Notes: generated by a model not told the origin, from the letters alone. DNA of 64,000 nt from an uncultured Methanosarcinaceae archaeon (GCA_963733675.1 CAVTET010000005.1:281908-345907); one strand, 5' to 3'; counted from the stretch's first letter, positions 12,632-25,131 are shown. Numbers and translations: made by a program.

Positions 12632-14038
12632 TTAACAAATTTTGGCCGAATCCTTTATAGGTGTACCTTTTCCTTCTGCCCCAAGTTTTGTTCCTCTTTC
12701 AAAGAACTTACACGTTTTTTCGATATCATCGACAAGAATTGTTGCCATATCAGAAGTGAAATTCGCTCTTATTACGATGCGCATTATTTCGACATCTTCA
12801 GCATTTTTGGGTAGATAGTAAGCGGGAACTGTCCAGCCTCTTTCTCTCAGTTTATGTGAAAGTTGCAGCAAAGAATATTCAGTCACCTTTTTTTGCTTGA
12901 AAGCAATTATTGGAAGATGTTCTCCTTTATTCAGTATTTCGAATCTGCCTAATCTTTCAAGCCTTTTAGCAAGATCCTGTGAAACTTCCAAAATATTTTC
13001 CATTATCTCGGTATAACCAGCCCTGCCAAACCTTAAAAAATTGTAATATTGAGCCACAACCATTGCACTACCTCCTGAGAAATTAAGTGTGTAAGTCTTT
13101 TCCTGTTCCCCAAGGTAGTTTACAGTGAAAATAAGATCTTTTGGGAGGTCTTTTTCATCTTGGAAGATCAACCAACCAAGACCTGGATAAGTTAATCCGT
13201 ACTTGTGCCCAGAAATATTTACTGATCTTACCCTATCCAGTCTGAAATCCCATTCAAAATCGGGCTGTGTAAAGGGCAATATGAAACCGCCACTTGCAGC
13301 ATCTACATGAATGGGGATATTCCAATCTTTTTCTTTCTTGTATTTCACGAGCAAATCATTAATTTCTTTTATGGGATCTATTTCGCCTGTATAAGTCGTT
13401 CCCAATACACAACCAACACAAATTGTGTTCTCGTCAATATGCTTTGAGACAGCTTCGGCTGTTATTATACGCGTCTTCTTGGATATTGGAATTTTTATGA
13501 CATCGACGTCGAAGTATCTGGCAAATTTGTCCCAACTAACGTGAGCATCTGCTCCGAAAATTATGTTCGGTTTACCTGTACCACGCCCAGAAATTTTCCA
13601 GCTCCATTTGTGAGCCAGTAAACCCAGCATTATGGCCTCTGAAGAGCCTGCTGTTGCCGTACCCATGAATTCGGTATTATGTCCGTTAAAAAGACGCCCA
13701 AGCGTGTTCACAATATTTTGATGAATAACTTTCGAAATTTGTGGGTATTCAAAGACATCTATGATATTTTTGTTGATGTTTTCCATGATAAGCTTATCTG
13801 CTTCAGGTTCCATCCATGTATTGACAAAACTAGCTAGATTAAGTAAAGGATTTCCGTCAAGGCTAAGCTGATTATGTACCAGCTGATAAGCAGCTCTTGG
13901 ACTCATCCCCTCTTCAGGGAATTCGTACTTGGGAATTTCTGTTTTAGTTCCCTTTGGGAGATTTCTTGTATTAAAGGCTCCAATTTGACAATTTATAGAC
14001 TTTGTTGACTGTTGCAGATTCACTTTCTTTGAAATCAT
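12632..14038 (-). CDS. gadB: Glutamate decarboxylase (PLP-dependent, group II)
   Basis: LDGNPLLNLASFVNTWME, GSSEAIMLG, IHVDAASGGF, SGHKYG (PLP lysine); ATG 14038 follows a GGGGTG RBS. Confidence 0.93.
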   Translation of the reverse strand: MISKKVNLQQSTKSINCQIGAFNTRNLPKGTKTEIPKYEFPEEGMSPRAAYQLVHNQLSLDGNPLLNLASFVNTWMEPEADKLIMENINKNIIDVFEYPQISKVIHQNIVNTLGRLFNGHNTEFMGTATAGSSEAIMLGLLAHKWSWKISGRGTGKPNIIFGADAHVSWDKFARYFDVDVIKIPISKKTRIITAEAVSKHIDENTICVGCVLGTTYTGEIDPIKEINDLLVKYKKEKDWNIPIHVDAASGGFILPFTQPDFEWDFRLDRVRSVNISGHKYGLTYPGLGWLIFQDEKDLPKDLIFTVNYLGEQEKTYTLNFSGGSAMVVAQYYNFLRFGRAGYTEIMENILEVSQDLAKRLERLGRFEILNKGEHLPIIAFKQKKVTEYSLLQLSHKLRERGWTVPAYYLPKNAEDVEIMRIVIRANFTSDMATILVDDIEKTCKFFERGTKLGAEGKGTPIKDSAKIC

Positions 14039-14864
14039 AATTTTCACCCCTAGATATAAATTACAAATCTTCTGCTTCTCATTGTATCACTCAAGAACAA
14101 AGGAAAAATAAGTAGCATTTGAGCATCGGGTTAAGCTTTTCATAATTTATTTTTCCCATTAATTATCTTGTATATTCTTTTTTAGTAATTTTGGGGGGAA
14201 AGACTATATAGAAAATCTATCTGAATCACCTTAAAGAAGAGGAACATGTGTATAAGATTATAAGTTCAAATTAATGAAAATTCGTTATTTCATATAATTC
14301 ATACACAGCCTATTTTTATAAAAACTTTGTGGATTTATCTAACATATAGGACTTCTACAAAATACATTCTAACAATAAAGTTAAAATCTGTTCTTATAAG
14401 AAGTTACTAATAAAACCATCTTTGGTTGTATCTATCAACTGTTGATAAGATTTGAAAAAATATATATCCCTCATATTGATAAAAACATTTAGAAATTTGT
14501 GGGTATATATTTTTCATTAACTCGCCTCCATAACCAAAAGTTGTTTTACTGCTAAATTCGATCATATGCCTATGATTATACATGACTCGTAAAAATTAGA
14601 GATTTCTCGAAATCCAGTATAAATAAGTTTGGAATTATTAAAGCCTTTAAAAGTGTAATTGATTCGTGAATTCACTTTTTATACAAAAGTTATTACTTTC
14701 CCAAATGAAGAAAGTAGTTTAATTAATTGGAATGAAATTCCATTTTCTTTCAAAACTGGAAAAAACAAGAAAAGTGATAAGATTCTTTTTTGAAATCGAT
14801 TATATAAGTTGTCAAATTGTTTTAAAATTACCTCGTTTTTGTTACAAGAGATCGAATTATAAAA

Positions 14865-16019
14865 TCATTTTCTATATGCAAACAGAATTTTTGTAACGAT
14901 CTCATTCCAATCATATTTTTTGGCTTTACAAAAGGCTCTCTCAACAGCCTCTTTATAATTAATATCCTCTTGAATTATTTTTTTTATACCGTCTTTAACT
15001 TCATCTGCATCCAGTTTTACAACAAATCCATCCAGCTCATCATCAACCAATTCCTGTGCTGCGTTGTATCTTTCCGTTACCGTCACCACAGGCACTCCGC
15101 AGGCAAAAGCATCTATTACAACCATTCCGAAACCTTCTCTGCTGGAAGGTAGAACAAGAACCTTGGAAGCCTTGATTTTTTCGATGAGCACACGATACTC
15201 TTGAAAGCCTACAAACTCGAAGTTTCCACTAACTCTAAGCTCTTTTACAAGCTCCATAAGCTCTGCTTTTTCGGTCCCTTCACCAACAATGCAGCATCTG
15301 ATATTCGGAAAATCCACTTTAAGGAGGACCACAGCTTTAACCAGGACATCAACATTTTTTTCCTTAATGATCCTACCTACAAAAATCACGTCGTAGATTT
15401 TTGCATCTAGCCCTGCATAAGTTATGCCGCCTTCAGATTCGATCTCATTAATTATTTCAAGATCTATCCCATTAGGGATAACAGTAATCTTTTCTTCAGG
15501 AACCCCAAGTGTTTCAAGCCTCTTCTTCGTCCAGTCCGAAACTGCTATGTTTTTATCCGAAATTTTTGAAACATATTTCTCGATGACTTTTCCGAAAAAA
15601 CCAGCCTTTCCCAAATATTCATACCAGTAGTCACCCCAAACTTCATGCCATGTGAACACCGAAGGAGTTTTTTTCAGAACTGAGATCACTTTTGTGGTGA
15701 AACATGGAAAATATGGAAATACACTCACATCTATAAGGTCCATTTTTTCCTGCTGGAGATGAGAAAACAATTTCACTGAGAAAATAAGTGCTTCGGAGAT
15801 TGATCTTCTTCCGTTTACATACAGTTCCATAGCTTTGCAAACACCATGTAAGGTCATACCTTCATACTCAATAGTATCTTTTCCTTCCCACCACTTGATC
15901 CCAAAAATATGCACTTCATGCCCCTTGGCCGAGAGCCGCTTCCCTAATTCATGGATACGTCTTTCTGCACCGCCTTTGATCCATGGATATACAGCGTCGT
16001 ATACAAAAGCTATTTTCAT
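14865..16019 (-). CDS. GT4-family glycosyltransferase
   Basis: MKIAFVYDAVYPWIKGGAERR, IPNGID, EGFGMVVIDAFACG. Confidence 0.92.
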   Translation of the reverse strand: MKIAFVYDAVYPWIKGGAERRIHELGKRLSAKGHEVHIFGIKWWEGKDTIEYEGMTLHGVCKAMELYVNGRRSISEALIFSVKLFSHLQQEKMDLIDVSVFPYFPCFTTKVISVLKKTPSVFTWHEVWGDYWYEYLGKAGFFGKVIEKYVSKISDKNIAVSDWTKKRLETLGVPEEKITVIPNGIDLEIINEIESEGGITYAGLDAKIYDVIFVGRIIKEKNVDVLVKAVVLLKVDFPNIRCCIVGEGTEKAELMELVKELRVSGNFEFVGFQEYRVLIEKIKASKVLVLPSSREGFGMVVIDAFACGVPVVTVTERYNAAQELVDDELDGFVVKLDADEVKDGIKKIIQEDINYKEAVERAFCKAKKYDWNEIVTKILFAYRK

Positions 16020-16030
16020 TGTATCACTTA

Positions 16031-17155
16031 TTAGTCTGCATCCACTTCCAGTAGCATTACGCTAATAAAAATTGCAGAAAAGATTAGTTGAAGCCCAATT
16101 GCAGCAAGAACCATTGAAATAACGGCCGATTCCACCTCTTTAAGAGAACCAAATCCAGAAATGATCCAAGTATAGGCGACTTTCAGCCCAAGAATAATGC
16201 CAATCCCCAAGATAATGGAACCTACAAATAGTTCTTTTTCGAGGGAATGGTAGTTCAGGAACTTTTTACTTTTTTTGTCAACTTGGTACATGCCGTGGAT
16301 CAGGCCATAAGTTTTCATATACCCACCAGTAGCAAGAGTTTGTCCGCCAATTATTAAAAGCATACTACCTAAAATAAATGAGTGGGATCTGTTATATGCA
16401 GCGCTTTCCGTGAAAAGAAGGGACGAAGTTATTAAAAAACCCAGGATAAACACAAAAGCACCTGGTAAATATAGGAAAGGAACTGGCCTGTAGAGCATCA
16501 TGAAGCGGACATGTCTCCAGCCATCCTTGAAGGAGTTCAGCTTGGAAGGAGCCCTGCGTGAGTAATAGGTTATAGGGACTTCTTTGATCTTCAGTCCACA
16601 TTTAGCGGCTTCTATTACCATTTCGGAAGCTAACTCCATTCCATGAGTTTTAAGATTCATTTTTTCAAGTGCTTCTTTTGTAAAAGCTCTCATTCCACAA
16701 TGAGCATCCGATATTTTTGTCTTGAATAGAAAATTAAGCATTTCAGTCAATAAAGGATTGCCTATGTATTGATGCAGCCAAGGCATAGCTTCTTTTTTTA
16801 TTTCGCCTTTGATTCTGGTCCCTATTACAAAGTCTGCATCTCCAGCCATGAGAGGGTCCAAAAATTTATCAAGCTCGAGCAAATCGTATGTATTGTCTGC
16901 ATCGGAAATAGCAATATAGTTCCCCTTTGCCAGAGCAAATCCTTTGAGGTAAGCGTTCCCATATCCCTTTATTGGGCCGATTACCTTTGCACCCATAGCC
17001 ACTGCGATATCAGCTGTTCTGTCTGATGAGTTATCAGCGACTATTATCTCTCCATCTATGTTATATTTTTTTAATATGTATTGAGCTTTCTCTATACAAA
17101 TTCGGATGGTTTCTTCTTCATTCATTGAAGGCATTACGAAAGATAGAGAGGGCAT
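16031..17155 (-). CDS. GT2 dolichol-phosphate glycosyltransferase-like protein with C-terminal TM helices
   Basis: VMPSMNEE, ADNSSD, DADNTYD, DAHCGMR, four C-terminal TM segments; start uncertain (17155-17203). Confidence 0.9.
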   Translation of the reverse strand: MPSLSFVMPSMNEEETIRICIEKAQYILKKYNIDGEIIVADNSSDRTADIAVAMGAKVIGPIKGYGNAYLKGFALAKGNYIAISDADNTYDLLELDKFLDPLMAGDADFVIGTRIKGEIKKEAMPWLHQYIGNPLLTEMLNFLFKTKISDAHCGMRAFTKEALEKMNLKTHGMELASEMVIEAAKCGLKIKEVPITYYSRRAPSKLNSFKDGWRHVRFMMLYRPVPFLYLPGAFVFILGFLITSSLLFTESAAYNRSHSFILGSMLLIIGGQTLATGGYMKTYGLIHGMYQVDKKSKKFLNYHSLEKELFVGSIILGIGIILGLKVAYTWIISGFGSLKEVESAVISMVLAAIGLQLIFSAIFISVMLLEVDAD

Positions 17156-17971
17156 GTTCAGTTTATACAGCATACTTCCTAATAAATATTTTGACCCATA
17201 CAAATATTTTCAAATCTCTCCATTTCAGGAATCATTTCTAAAATAAGAATAAAATAAAAAAATAGTAACTGAAAATAAAGGATTATTGATTCGGAAAACG
17301 AAAAGTGACTACGCTATTTGTATGGACACTTCATTTTACTCAATATACGTTCTGAACTATTTTGTATCGTTGGTATATACAACTTTATTAGATAAAGCAA
17401 ATTAGGGCCATCAGAAGTTCTTAAGTTTTCATTTCATGCTACAACATCTTCTACAAAATATCCTGAATTCGCAATTAAATATCTAAAGTCAAAAACACCA
17501 AAAATAAGCATTCATTTGATGCTATTTTAATGATATAATACAATTTTATATTGAAAACATTATTTCTTAATTCACCCTTGTTTTGACGGTTGAATAAAGC
17601 GAATTACCTTTTTATGTTTATTTGTTCCAATGAAAACAAACAAAGACACGTATTTTTATTTTACAGGCAAAGTTGGGCTATAACATGAAGAAATGATGAT
17701 TCGGAACTCGTTAAAACAAAGATTAAATTTTGAGACACTAGTTCCAAAGAATTATTGACCGTCTCCACAAGTTATTGATCAAATCTGAAGAATGGATGTC
17801 TTTCTCATTTTTTGAAAAAAATATCGAGAGATTTTTATGTTATGATTTTATAATAAATAACGTCGACATTCGAATTATTTATTAGACTTTGTATAAAAAA
17901 TAGGCATAATATGGGCTTTATCGAAATCTCTATAATTTTTTGATATGGCTTTTGGGCCATATGTTATTTTT

Positions 17972-18574
17972 TTAATGATATTTTTCTTCAAGAATTTCGC
18001 CACGTGGTTCTTTTTCCTTGAAGATCTGCCCTTCAAAACAGTGAACTTCAGCTCCTGTGAGCCAGGCATCAGGAGAAAGGCCGGCTTTCAGGCATGTATG
18101 GCCCAAAAACTCAATCGAATCCATATTGTTTTCAGGGGCAACTTGAGGAAGCAGCAATCCCTGGCAGTAATCTTGCTTTACAATGAGACCATGTCTACCA
18201 ATCTTTATAAGGTTTGGAAATTCTTTTGGAGGAGCATTGATTCTTTCAGGAGGGGTGAGAATTGTTACCTCAACAATCATATCACTCAGCTCTTTTTCTT
18301 CAACAGGTGGAAAGCGCGGATCGCGAATAGCCGCTGAGATCGCAGAATCCAGAATTGCTTCCTTTAGTGTGGAGTCCGGAAAAGGATGCCCTATACAACC
18401 CCTAAGAAGCCCTTTTTCAGTAAGTGTAACGAAAACTCCCCTCATTTCCCCAAAAACCGTCGAAAACTCAAAATCCAAATCATGAGGATCTGGGAGTTTC
18501 CTCTTAGACAGGAATGATTCAATTGCCTTTCTTGCAAGTTTGACTGCAGTCTTTCCTTCAGTTTCTGTAAGCAT
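17972..18574 (-). CDS. AMMECR1-domain protein (TIGR00296 family)
   Basis: GVFVTL, LRGCIG, DPRFPP, GLLLPQV. Confidence 0.93.
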   Translation of the reverse strand: MLTETEGKTAVKLARKAIESFLSKRKLPDPHDLDFEFSTVFGEMRGVFVTLTEKGLLRGCIGHPFPDSTLKEAILDSAISAAIRDPRFPPVEEKELSDMIVEVTILTPPERINAPPKEFPNLIKIGRHGLIVKQDYCQGLLLPQVAPENNMDSIEFLGHTCLKAGLSPDAWLTGAEVHCFEGQIFKEKEPRGEILEEKYH

Positions 18575-19003
18575 GCGTGAACCAACACCTATTTTTAAAT
18601 AGTCTATCTTATAAATATCACTGCCATTAGCCTGTAGATCTTATTTATCATTATAATTTATACGGTTAATAACAATATGTATACTGAAACTGGTATAACA
18701 ATATGTTTATCTGAACTGTTATTTCTAGAATTTTATTTATGAGTAGATAGAACTTCTTTCAGCAGCTATGCACAAAAATGCCATCAATTTTCTCAATATT
18801 GCCAGATCTTAAAAATTAACCTAAATTTCAGTATGGTAGTGGTAAAATAGACAAACAAACAATATATATACTTCCATGGAACGTCAGTGCGGCGGGTAAA
18901 GACTATTTAAGAAGCAAAATTAAAGAAAGAAACAGAAATAACTGCTAAATAGAAGATATTGCCACAAAATTAATAGGTCCGGAAATTCAAGGAAATAAAA
19001 TCT

Positions 19004-20242
19004 TCACATTTTTTTAATTTCATTATATTTTTTAGCCGCAACCTTTAGGGCCTCAACGCCTGGAAGCTTCATCCCTGCAAGATAATCAATACAAGCTCCT
19101 CCACCTGTGCTGATATGGGAGAAACGATGTTCTAGGCCAAGATGATCAACTTCTGCCGTTATATGTCCCCCACCAATAATTGAAAACTCAGATTTTACTG
19201 CAGCCTTAATTATTTCGTGGGTTCCAAGAGCAAATTCAGCAATCTCTGATACTCCTGCAGGGCCATTTAAGACAACAGTTTTCGAATTCTCGATTTCTCT
19301 GGTGAACGCCACAATTGTTTCAAGCCCGATATCATTTATAGGAAGAGAGTTTGAATTAAGCTTCAAAATAGGCACTTCAACTCTCTTTTTATTATCGTTT
19401 ACAGCAACATCCATAGGGAGACAAACTCTGTCTCTGAACCTTGCAAGTAGATTTTTTGCCTTTTCGATCTGATTTTCGTACCCTTGGGATTTGATGAATT
19501 CCATGTTGACTTTTCCAATATTCACTCCCGAAGCAGCTAGAGCAACGTTTGCTACCACTCCGGTAAATAGTACCCTGTCCGCCCCTCCATTTGCAAGTAC
19601 ATTTTCCGCCACTCGAAGGGAATCATCAACTTTTGCTCCTCCCAAAACGAAAATACTTGGCCGTTCCACTCCTTTTATTGCCCTGTAGAGAGAAACTAGC
19701 TCTTTTTCCATTACTCTTCCGGCTCCTGAAGGAAGAAGTTCTGTAAATCCTACGACAGAAAGATGAGATCTATGGGATACGGCAAATGCATCATTTAGGA
19801 AAATATCCACAAAGGGCACCAGCTTCTTAACCAAGTAGGTTGTGGCATGTTCTGATGGTGTTCTTTCCAAGCTTTCTTCGGAATAGAACCTTACGTTTTC
19901 GAGCAGTATGACATCACCATTTTCCATCGATGCAATCTGAATCTTCGCATAGGTCCCAAAAATATCATCTACATAATTAACCTGCCTACCCAGGTGTTTA
20001 GACATCAGATGGGCATGAGGCTTCATTAGTGTGAAGTCTTTTTTCCCGGGACGACTCTGGTGCGCAAGTAGAATCACTTTTGCATCTTCTAGGTCCTTCA
20101 AGGTGGCAACATGACTTCGAATACGCATATCATCCAAAATGTTGCCTTTGGTATCCATTGGAGAATTCAGGTCAACCCTTACAATAATGGTTTTCCCGTC
20201 TACATCAAAATCATCGATCGTAAGAAAGTTTCTGGAAGTCAT
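19004..20242 (-). CDS. pgk: Phosphoglycerate kinase
   Basis: RVDLNSP, LLENVRF, NDAFAVSHR, LGGAKVDD, ISTGGGA. Confidence 0.97.
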   Translation of the reverse strand: MTSRNFLTIDDFDVDGKTIIVRVDLNSPMDTKGNILDDMRIRSHVATLKDLEDAKVILLAHQSRPGKKDFTLMKPHAHLMSKHLGRQVNYVDDIFGTYAKIQIASMENGDVILLENVRFYSEESLERTPSEHATTYLVKKLVPFVDIFLNDAFAVSHRSHLSVVGFTELLPSGAGRVMEKELVSLYRAIKGVERPSIFVLGGAKVDDSLRVAENVLANGGADRVLFTGVVANVALAASGVNIGKVNMEFIKSQGYENQIEKAKNLLARFRDRVCLPMDVAVNDNKKRVEVPILKLNSNSLPINDIGLETIVAFTREIENSKTVVLNGPAGVSEIAEFALGTHEIIKAAVKSEFSIIGGGHITAEVDHLGLEHRFSHISTGGGACIDYLAGMKLPGVEALKVAAKKYNEIKKM

Positions 20243-20617
20243 ATCTTCTCAGCACACCTTTGTGGATAGAATCTTATATAGATTGAAATGAATTTGAAAA
20301 ATGAAATTTAAGAGAATCTTCTATTTCATAATAATAGTGATTATCCTGTCATGGGATTTTTTCCATAAATAAGTTTGTTTCATTTAAGTTTCATGATATA
20401 GATTGTGATTTCTATATCAATAACTAAAATAAATCTAAAATAATTCAGGCATTCCACTTTAAAATAGTTTTGCTATCCTAATATCAATAATATAATGTGA
20501 ATAGCAAAGGCATATGAAAAAGATAAACTAAAAGACTTTGGAGAAAGAGTTGAATTAATGATTCTCGCGAAGAAAAAAGTCGTCGATAAATTGGAATCAT
20601 TTATACTATAAAAGAGC

Positions 20618-21508
20618 GTGAAGATGAGATCAAAAGGAATATTTTATGCATTTCTTGCAGTTTGTTTGTGGGGAACAATGGGTACCACTATTAAACTTAT
20701 TGTCGCTAGAGTAGATAGTTTCAGTGCTGCAGTTTATACTGGTTTGTTTGCGACTATCGCATTATTAATATATTTAATTGTAACTGCAAAAACAAAAGAA
20801 CTCATTATAGAGCTTAAAAAACATTATTTGTTCTTTATAATTACAGGAGTAATTGGGTTAGGAATACAGCAAATATTTTACCTAAAATCATTTCAACTTC
20901 TTCCTGCTTCTCAAGTAGTGATACTTTTCTATTTATATCCTTTGTTTATGATAATATTAGCTGGTCTGATACTAAAAGAAAAAACGTCATTACTCTCGAT
21001 ATTTTTTGTATTATTAGGGTTTTTTGGAGTCTATGTTCTTGCATCAAATGGGACATTTATAAAATTAGACACTAATATTGGTTTAATTGTTACTTTATTT
21101 GCTTCTCTCAGTTGGGGATTATTTTCAGTTTTAATTAAATTAAGAAAAATCAATGCAGAAATATCAATGTTTTTATTTGATTTATTTGGATTGGTTTTTT
21201 TAATCGCTCTAATTCCTTTATTTGGCTTTAATTACTTTATTACTTTAACCGAAGCTTTAGGGATTTTATATCTCGCACTGATACCTACGGCACTTGCATT
21301 TGTTTTGTGGAACAAAGCACTGCAGTTAACAACAACAAGCGTTTGCTCCAATATCTCATTATTAACTCCGTTATTTTCTTTAGTAATAATTTCTCTTGTT
21401 TTAAAAGAAAAAATTACTTTTAATCAAATCATCGGCTTAATAATAATTCTCTGTTCTGTTTTCTTAAATATTAATTTTGGAAATAAGCAAAAAAACAATC
21501 AAAAATAA
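20618..21508 (+). CDS. DMT/EamA family transporter
   Basis: About 10 TM helices in two EamA repeats (LKEK motifs). Confidence 0.88.
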   Translation: MKMRSKGIFYAFLAVCLWGTMGTTIKLIVARVDSFSAAVYTGLFATIALLIYLIVTAKTKELIIELKKHYLFFIITGVIGLGIQQIFYLKSFQLLPASQVVILFYLYPLFMIILAGLILKEKTSLLSIFFVLLGFFGVYVLASNGTFIKLDTNIGLIVTLFASLSWGLFSVLIKLRKINAEISMFLFDLFGLVFLIALIPLFGFNYFITLTEALGILYLALIPTALAFVLWNKALQLTTTSVCSNISLLTPLFSLVIISLVLKEKITFNQIIGLIIILCSVFLNINFGNKQKNNQK

Positions 21509-21983
21509 TTTTAATTTGAAATTCCTATTGTCATCAGAGTTGATGTATCATGTTTAGGCAGTGTGACTAGTTTTCTGTAAAATCACATATGATCTGTTAT
21601 GGAACCAAATAGCATAGGATATAAAATCACGATCGTCGCACTTTAAATCTTCCAGTATGATATAATAAATTATATGCAGTTTCAGAAAATCACTGAAAAA
21701 AAATAAGAACAACAAATATGATGAAAAATATTAACAAGGAACCCAAAAAAGAAGTAGAGTTATAAGGGCATTTCACATAGTTTCTTAAGAAAGCTCCTGT
21801 ATCCTCTTCAAATTTGATGGATTTTCGATTACTTTTGCCCTCTATTCTTTGTCCGATTTTATTTTTAAAATACAAGATCAATAGAATATCTTACTTGAAA
21901 ATTACAGTGTTAGCAGCAATAATGTTGTTAAATCAGATTTTTTGGGCGGGCTCATTCATAAACGCGGACTGGACAGAATCCCT

Positions 21984-23362
21984 TTATTTGTTAACCACGA
22001 CAGTTTTTATATTCACAAATTCCTTGAGGCCATAGTGGGCAAGCTCTCTCCCAATTCCCGACTTCTTAACCCTGCCAAAAGGCAGTCTGGGATCAGATTT
22101 AACCATACCATTTATAGCTACAAATCCTGATTGAATCCGTTTTGCCACCCTTTCAGCTCTATCAAGGTCTCCAGACCAGATCTCAGCCCCAAGCCCAAAC
22201 TCTGTTGAGTTCGCAATTATCACTGCTTCATCTTCGTCCTTTGCAGTGATAACCGGTGCAATAGGCCCTAAAACTTCAAAATTACATGCTTTCATATCTG
22301 TACTAGCTGCAGGAATAATAGTAGGATTAATAGTAGGATTGAAGAAAAAGCCTTTTTCACATTTTTTCCCGTAAGTTTGGGGTTCTGCTCCTCTTTTTCT
22401 CGCGTCTTTCAGAACCTTTTCAAGACTGTGAACAAATTCCTTTTTTGCCAGAGGTCCTATATCTGTTTCCTCATCCATAGGATCCCCAATTTTCAGTTTC
22501 TGGATATTGAGTTTAAATGCTTCGATAAAATCAACTACAACATCTTCCACAACAATAAATCTCTTGGCAGCAATACAGCTCTGTCCGGTATTGATAAAAC
22601 GGGACTCCATAGCTACCTGCGCAGCCCTCTCGATATCAGCATCTTCAAGCACTATGAAAGGATCAGATCCTCCCAATTCCAGTACCAGAGGTTTGATAAT
22701 TCCTCCCACAAGTCCCCCTATTTCCAAGCCCGCAGTTATGCTGCCAGTAAGCGATACACCATTCACTCGATCTTCTGCAATAATTCGCATGGCAGTTTTT
22801 GAGTCAATTAACAGAGTCTTGAAAATGTGTTTCTGGAATCCAGCCTCCAGAAAAACCTTCTCAATCTCTAAAGCTGACCTTGGTACATTTGAAGCATTCT
22901 TGATCACACAGACATTTCCTACACACATTGCAGGTACTGCAAACCTGAAAACCTGCCAAAATGGGAAATTTCAGGGCATGATCCCGAAAATAACTCCAAG
23001 AGGTTCAAAAGTCACATAGCTTTTCTCCACACCGATATCTACAAGCTCATCTTTCAATAATCTAGCCGCATTTTCTGCGTAATAGTCACAGAGCCAAGCA
23101 CATTTTTGAACTTCGTTTCTCGACTGCCTGATAGGTTTTCCCATTTCCGTCGTAATAATCTTAGCATAATTATCGACATTTAGCCTGAGCACTTCTCCAA
23201 CATTTAAAAAATACTTTGCCCTTTCCTCAACAGACAACGAACTCCATCCTGAAAACGCAGCCCGAGATTTTTCAATATGGTTCCTACATTCCTTAATAGA
23301 AAACGAATCATATATCCATTACTACTTCTTCAGTATAAAGGATTAATGAATTTGATTTTCAT
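21984..23362 (-). pseudogene. NAD(P)-dependent succinate-semialdehyde/aldehyde dehydrogenase, disrupted
   Basis: EMGKPI, IMP*NFPFW (TGA at the conserved Trp, 22971-22973), LELGGSDP, NTGQSC; N-terminal frameshifts; 12-bp duplication giving NPTINPTI. Confidence 0.88.
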
Positions 23363-23984
23363 AACTTTCCCCTTCAAAAAGAGTCACTTAGTAACATTAG
23401 ACCTTTGATAATGATTTAAATATATAATGCATAGTTTTTGCTATAAAAGTTCTGCATAAGTGAAGCTAAGAAATCCTGTTTTGTAATGAAAGAAAAGAAT
23501 TGAAAACAATTACTTTTATAGAACTTTCAGTATACTGCTAATTTTAGTAATATTGAAAATTTGCTGTAAATTGAAAGTCATATTTCGCATATGGAATCTA
23601 ATTATATTTTTTAGATGTGACGTTCCATTTCTATCATTTTAAGATTTGTTCAAGGATCCAGGGACACTACTTTCTATTGAAAATTTTATTACTTCGATCA
23701 AAAGGTATTGCTAATAGCTCTTATCAGTCCTTTGAAATCTAAAATTTTATCTAAGATTAATCCTCAGTGCTATTTAGGGATGAAGTCAATACTAAATTTC
23801 AAAGATCCTGATAATAAAAGAAATAATCAATATAAAATTAATGTTTAATGTTAAAATATTTTATTTGGTAGTGATTTTTAATCAGAATCAATCTTTCATC
23901 CCACTAATTCAAAATAATGAAAGAAATGATCCTAAATAAAAGAACACAATAAATTCCAAACAATTGTGATAACGAGGAAGATAT

Positions 23985-24414
23985 AAAATTCAACAAGATA
24001 ATTGGCGTTGGTGTAGCAAATGTCAGGGATTATACTGGGCTGGAGGCGGTGGGGGAGTTTGTCCTACCGATGGAGCCTTCCACGCAATAGACGGAAGTGG
24101 TAACTATGTAGTAAGGTATGATGAACCTCAATTTGGTCAAAGTAGCTGGTATTATTGTAAACATTGTCATGGATTTACACTATGTTGCAGACACATTAGG
24201 ACCCTGTCCTCATGAGGAGAGTACTCTATTGCTGGAAGCGCTAACTATAGCCTAAAAATTAACGATTCCTATGCAAGGTAAAATTCAGATCAACTGGCAT
24301 TGGTGTAACAAATGTCAGGGGTTATACTGGGCTGGACACTCATTGGGAGTTTGTCCTGCCGGAGGAAATCACGCTATGGACGGAAGCGGTGATTATATCC
24401 TAGAAATTGAATAA
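23985..24414 (+). pseudogene. Three-repeat Cys/His protein (QxxWxWCxKCQGL...CP...H...GSGxY), frameshifted
   Basis: Manual translation: WRWCSKCQGLYWAGGGGGVCPTDGAFHAIDGSGNY / WYYCKHCHG...GPCP...GSANY / WHWCNKCQGLYWAGHSLGVCPAGGNHAMDGSGDY. Confidence 0.75.
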
Positions 24415-24896
24415 TGCAAGATATTTATTGAAACATCTAAAATGAAGAGCGGTGTATCCAAAGTTCTGGAAAATATGACCTATAGTATATGCATAGGTTT
24501 TTTGTGTCAAAATCTATGTATTTTCTACTTTTTCAGCCAAAAATCGAGAGTATTTTTGCACTGATTCAAACAAAGTACACAAATTTTATCAAAATCAATG
24601 CAATATCTAAAACAAAAAAATACTTTTTAACTGCTTGAAGGGGAAGAAAATTTTCAAAATCAAATGTCAAACCTGAAAATAGCAATGTTTTATCCAAAAG
24701 GTTGCTGTTTCCTTAAATAGCACAGTTTATTTAGAAAATGTGATATTGTTTAAGTTGTTTATAATTTAAAAGAACAATAGGTATATAAAAATAAAATAGT
24801 TAAGAGATAAAATTAAGAAAGGTATTTGGATGTCAACTTCGGTTTTTTTCGGGGATTTTGTCTTCAGCACTTCTATTCATTTCTTATCAGAAATAT

Positions 24897-25131
24897 AATC
24901 CATCAGGGGGTGACTGCAACTCCCAAGGATAATCTCCTACATTCACCGTGGCAGTAACGGTATTTGTGTTTGTATCAATTACAGAGACATTGTTGCTCTG
25001 AGAGTTCTTGATATATGCAAATGGCGCTGCATTTGCAATACTTACTAGCATTAAAAGCGCTAGGGCTATTATTACAAAAACTGGTATGATGCTGTACCTT
25101 CTGCATGTTTATCAGATTTTGTTTCTTTCAT
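24897..25131 (-). pseudogene. 5' relic of a YVTN beta-propeller surface protein
   Basis: Signal peptide plus AAPFAYIKNSQSNNVSVIDTNTNTVTATVNVG..GVAV.PDG. Confidence 0.7.

Noticed and set aside
17690-17790. C/D-box sRNA-like motifs (ATGATGA ... CTGA)
   Set aside because: Spacing is too long and there are no clear internal boxes; expected by chance in AT-rich DNA.
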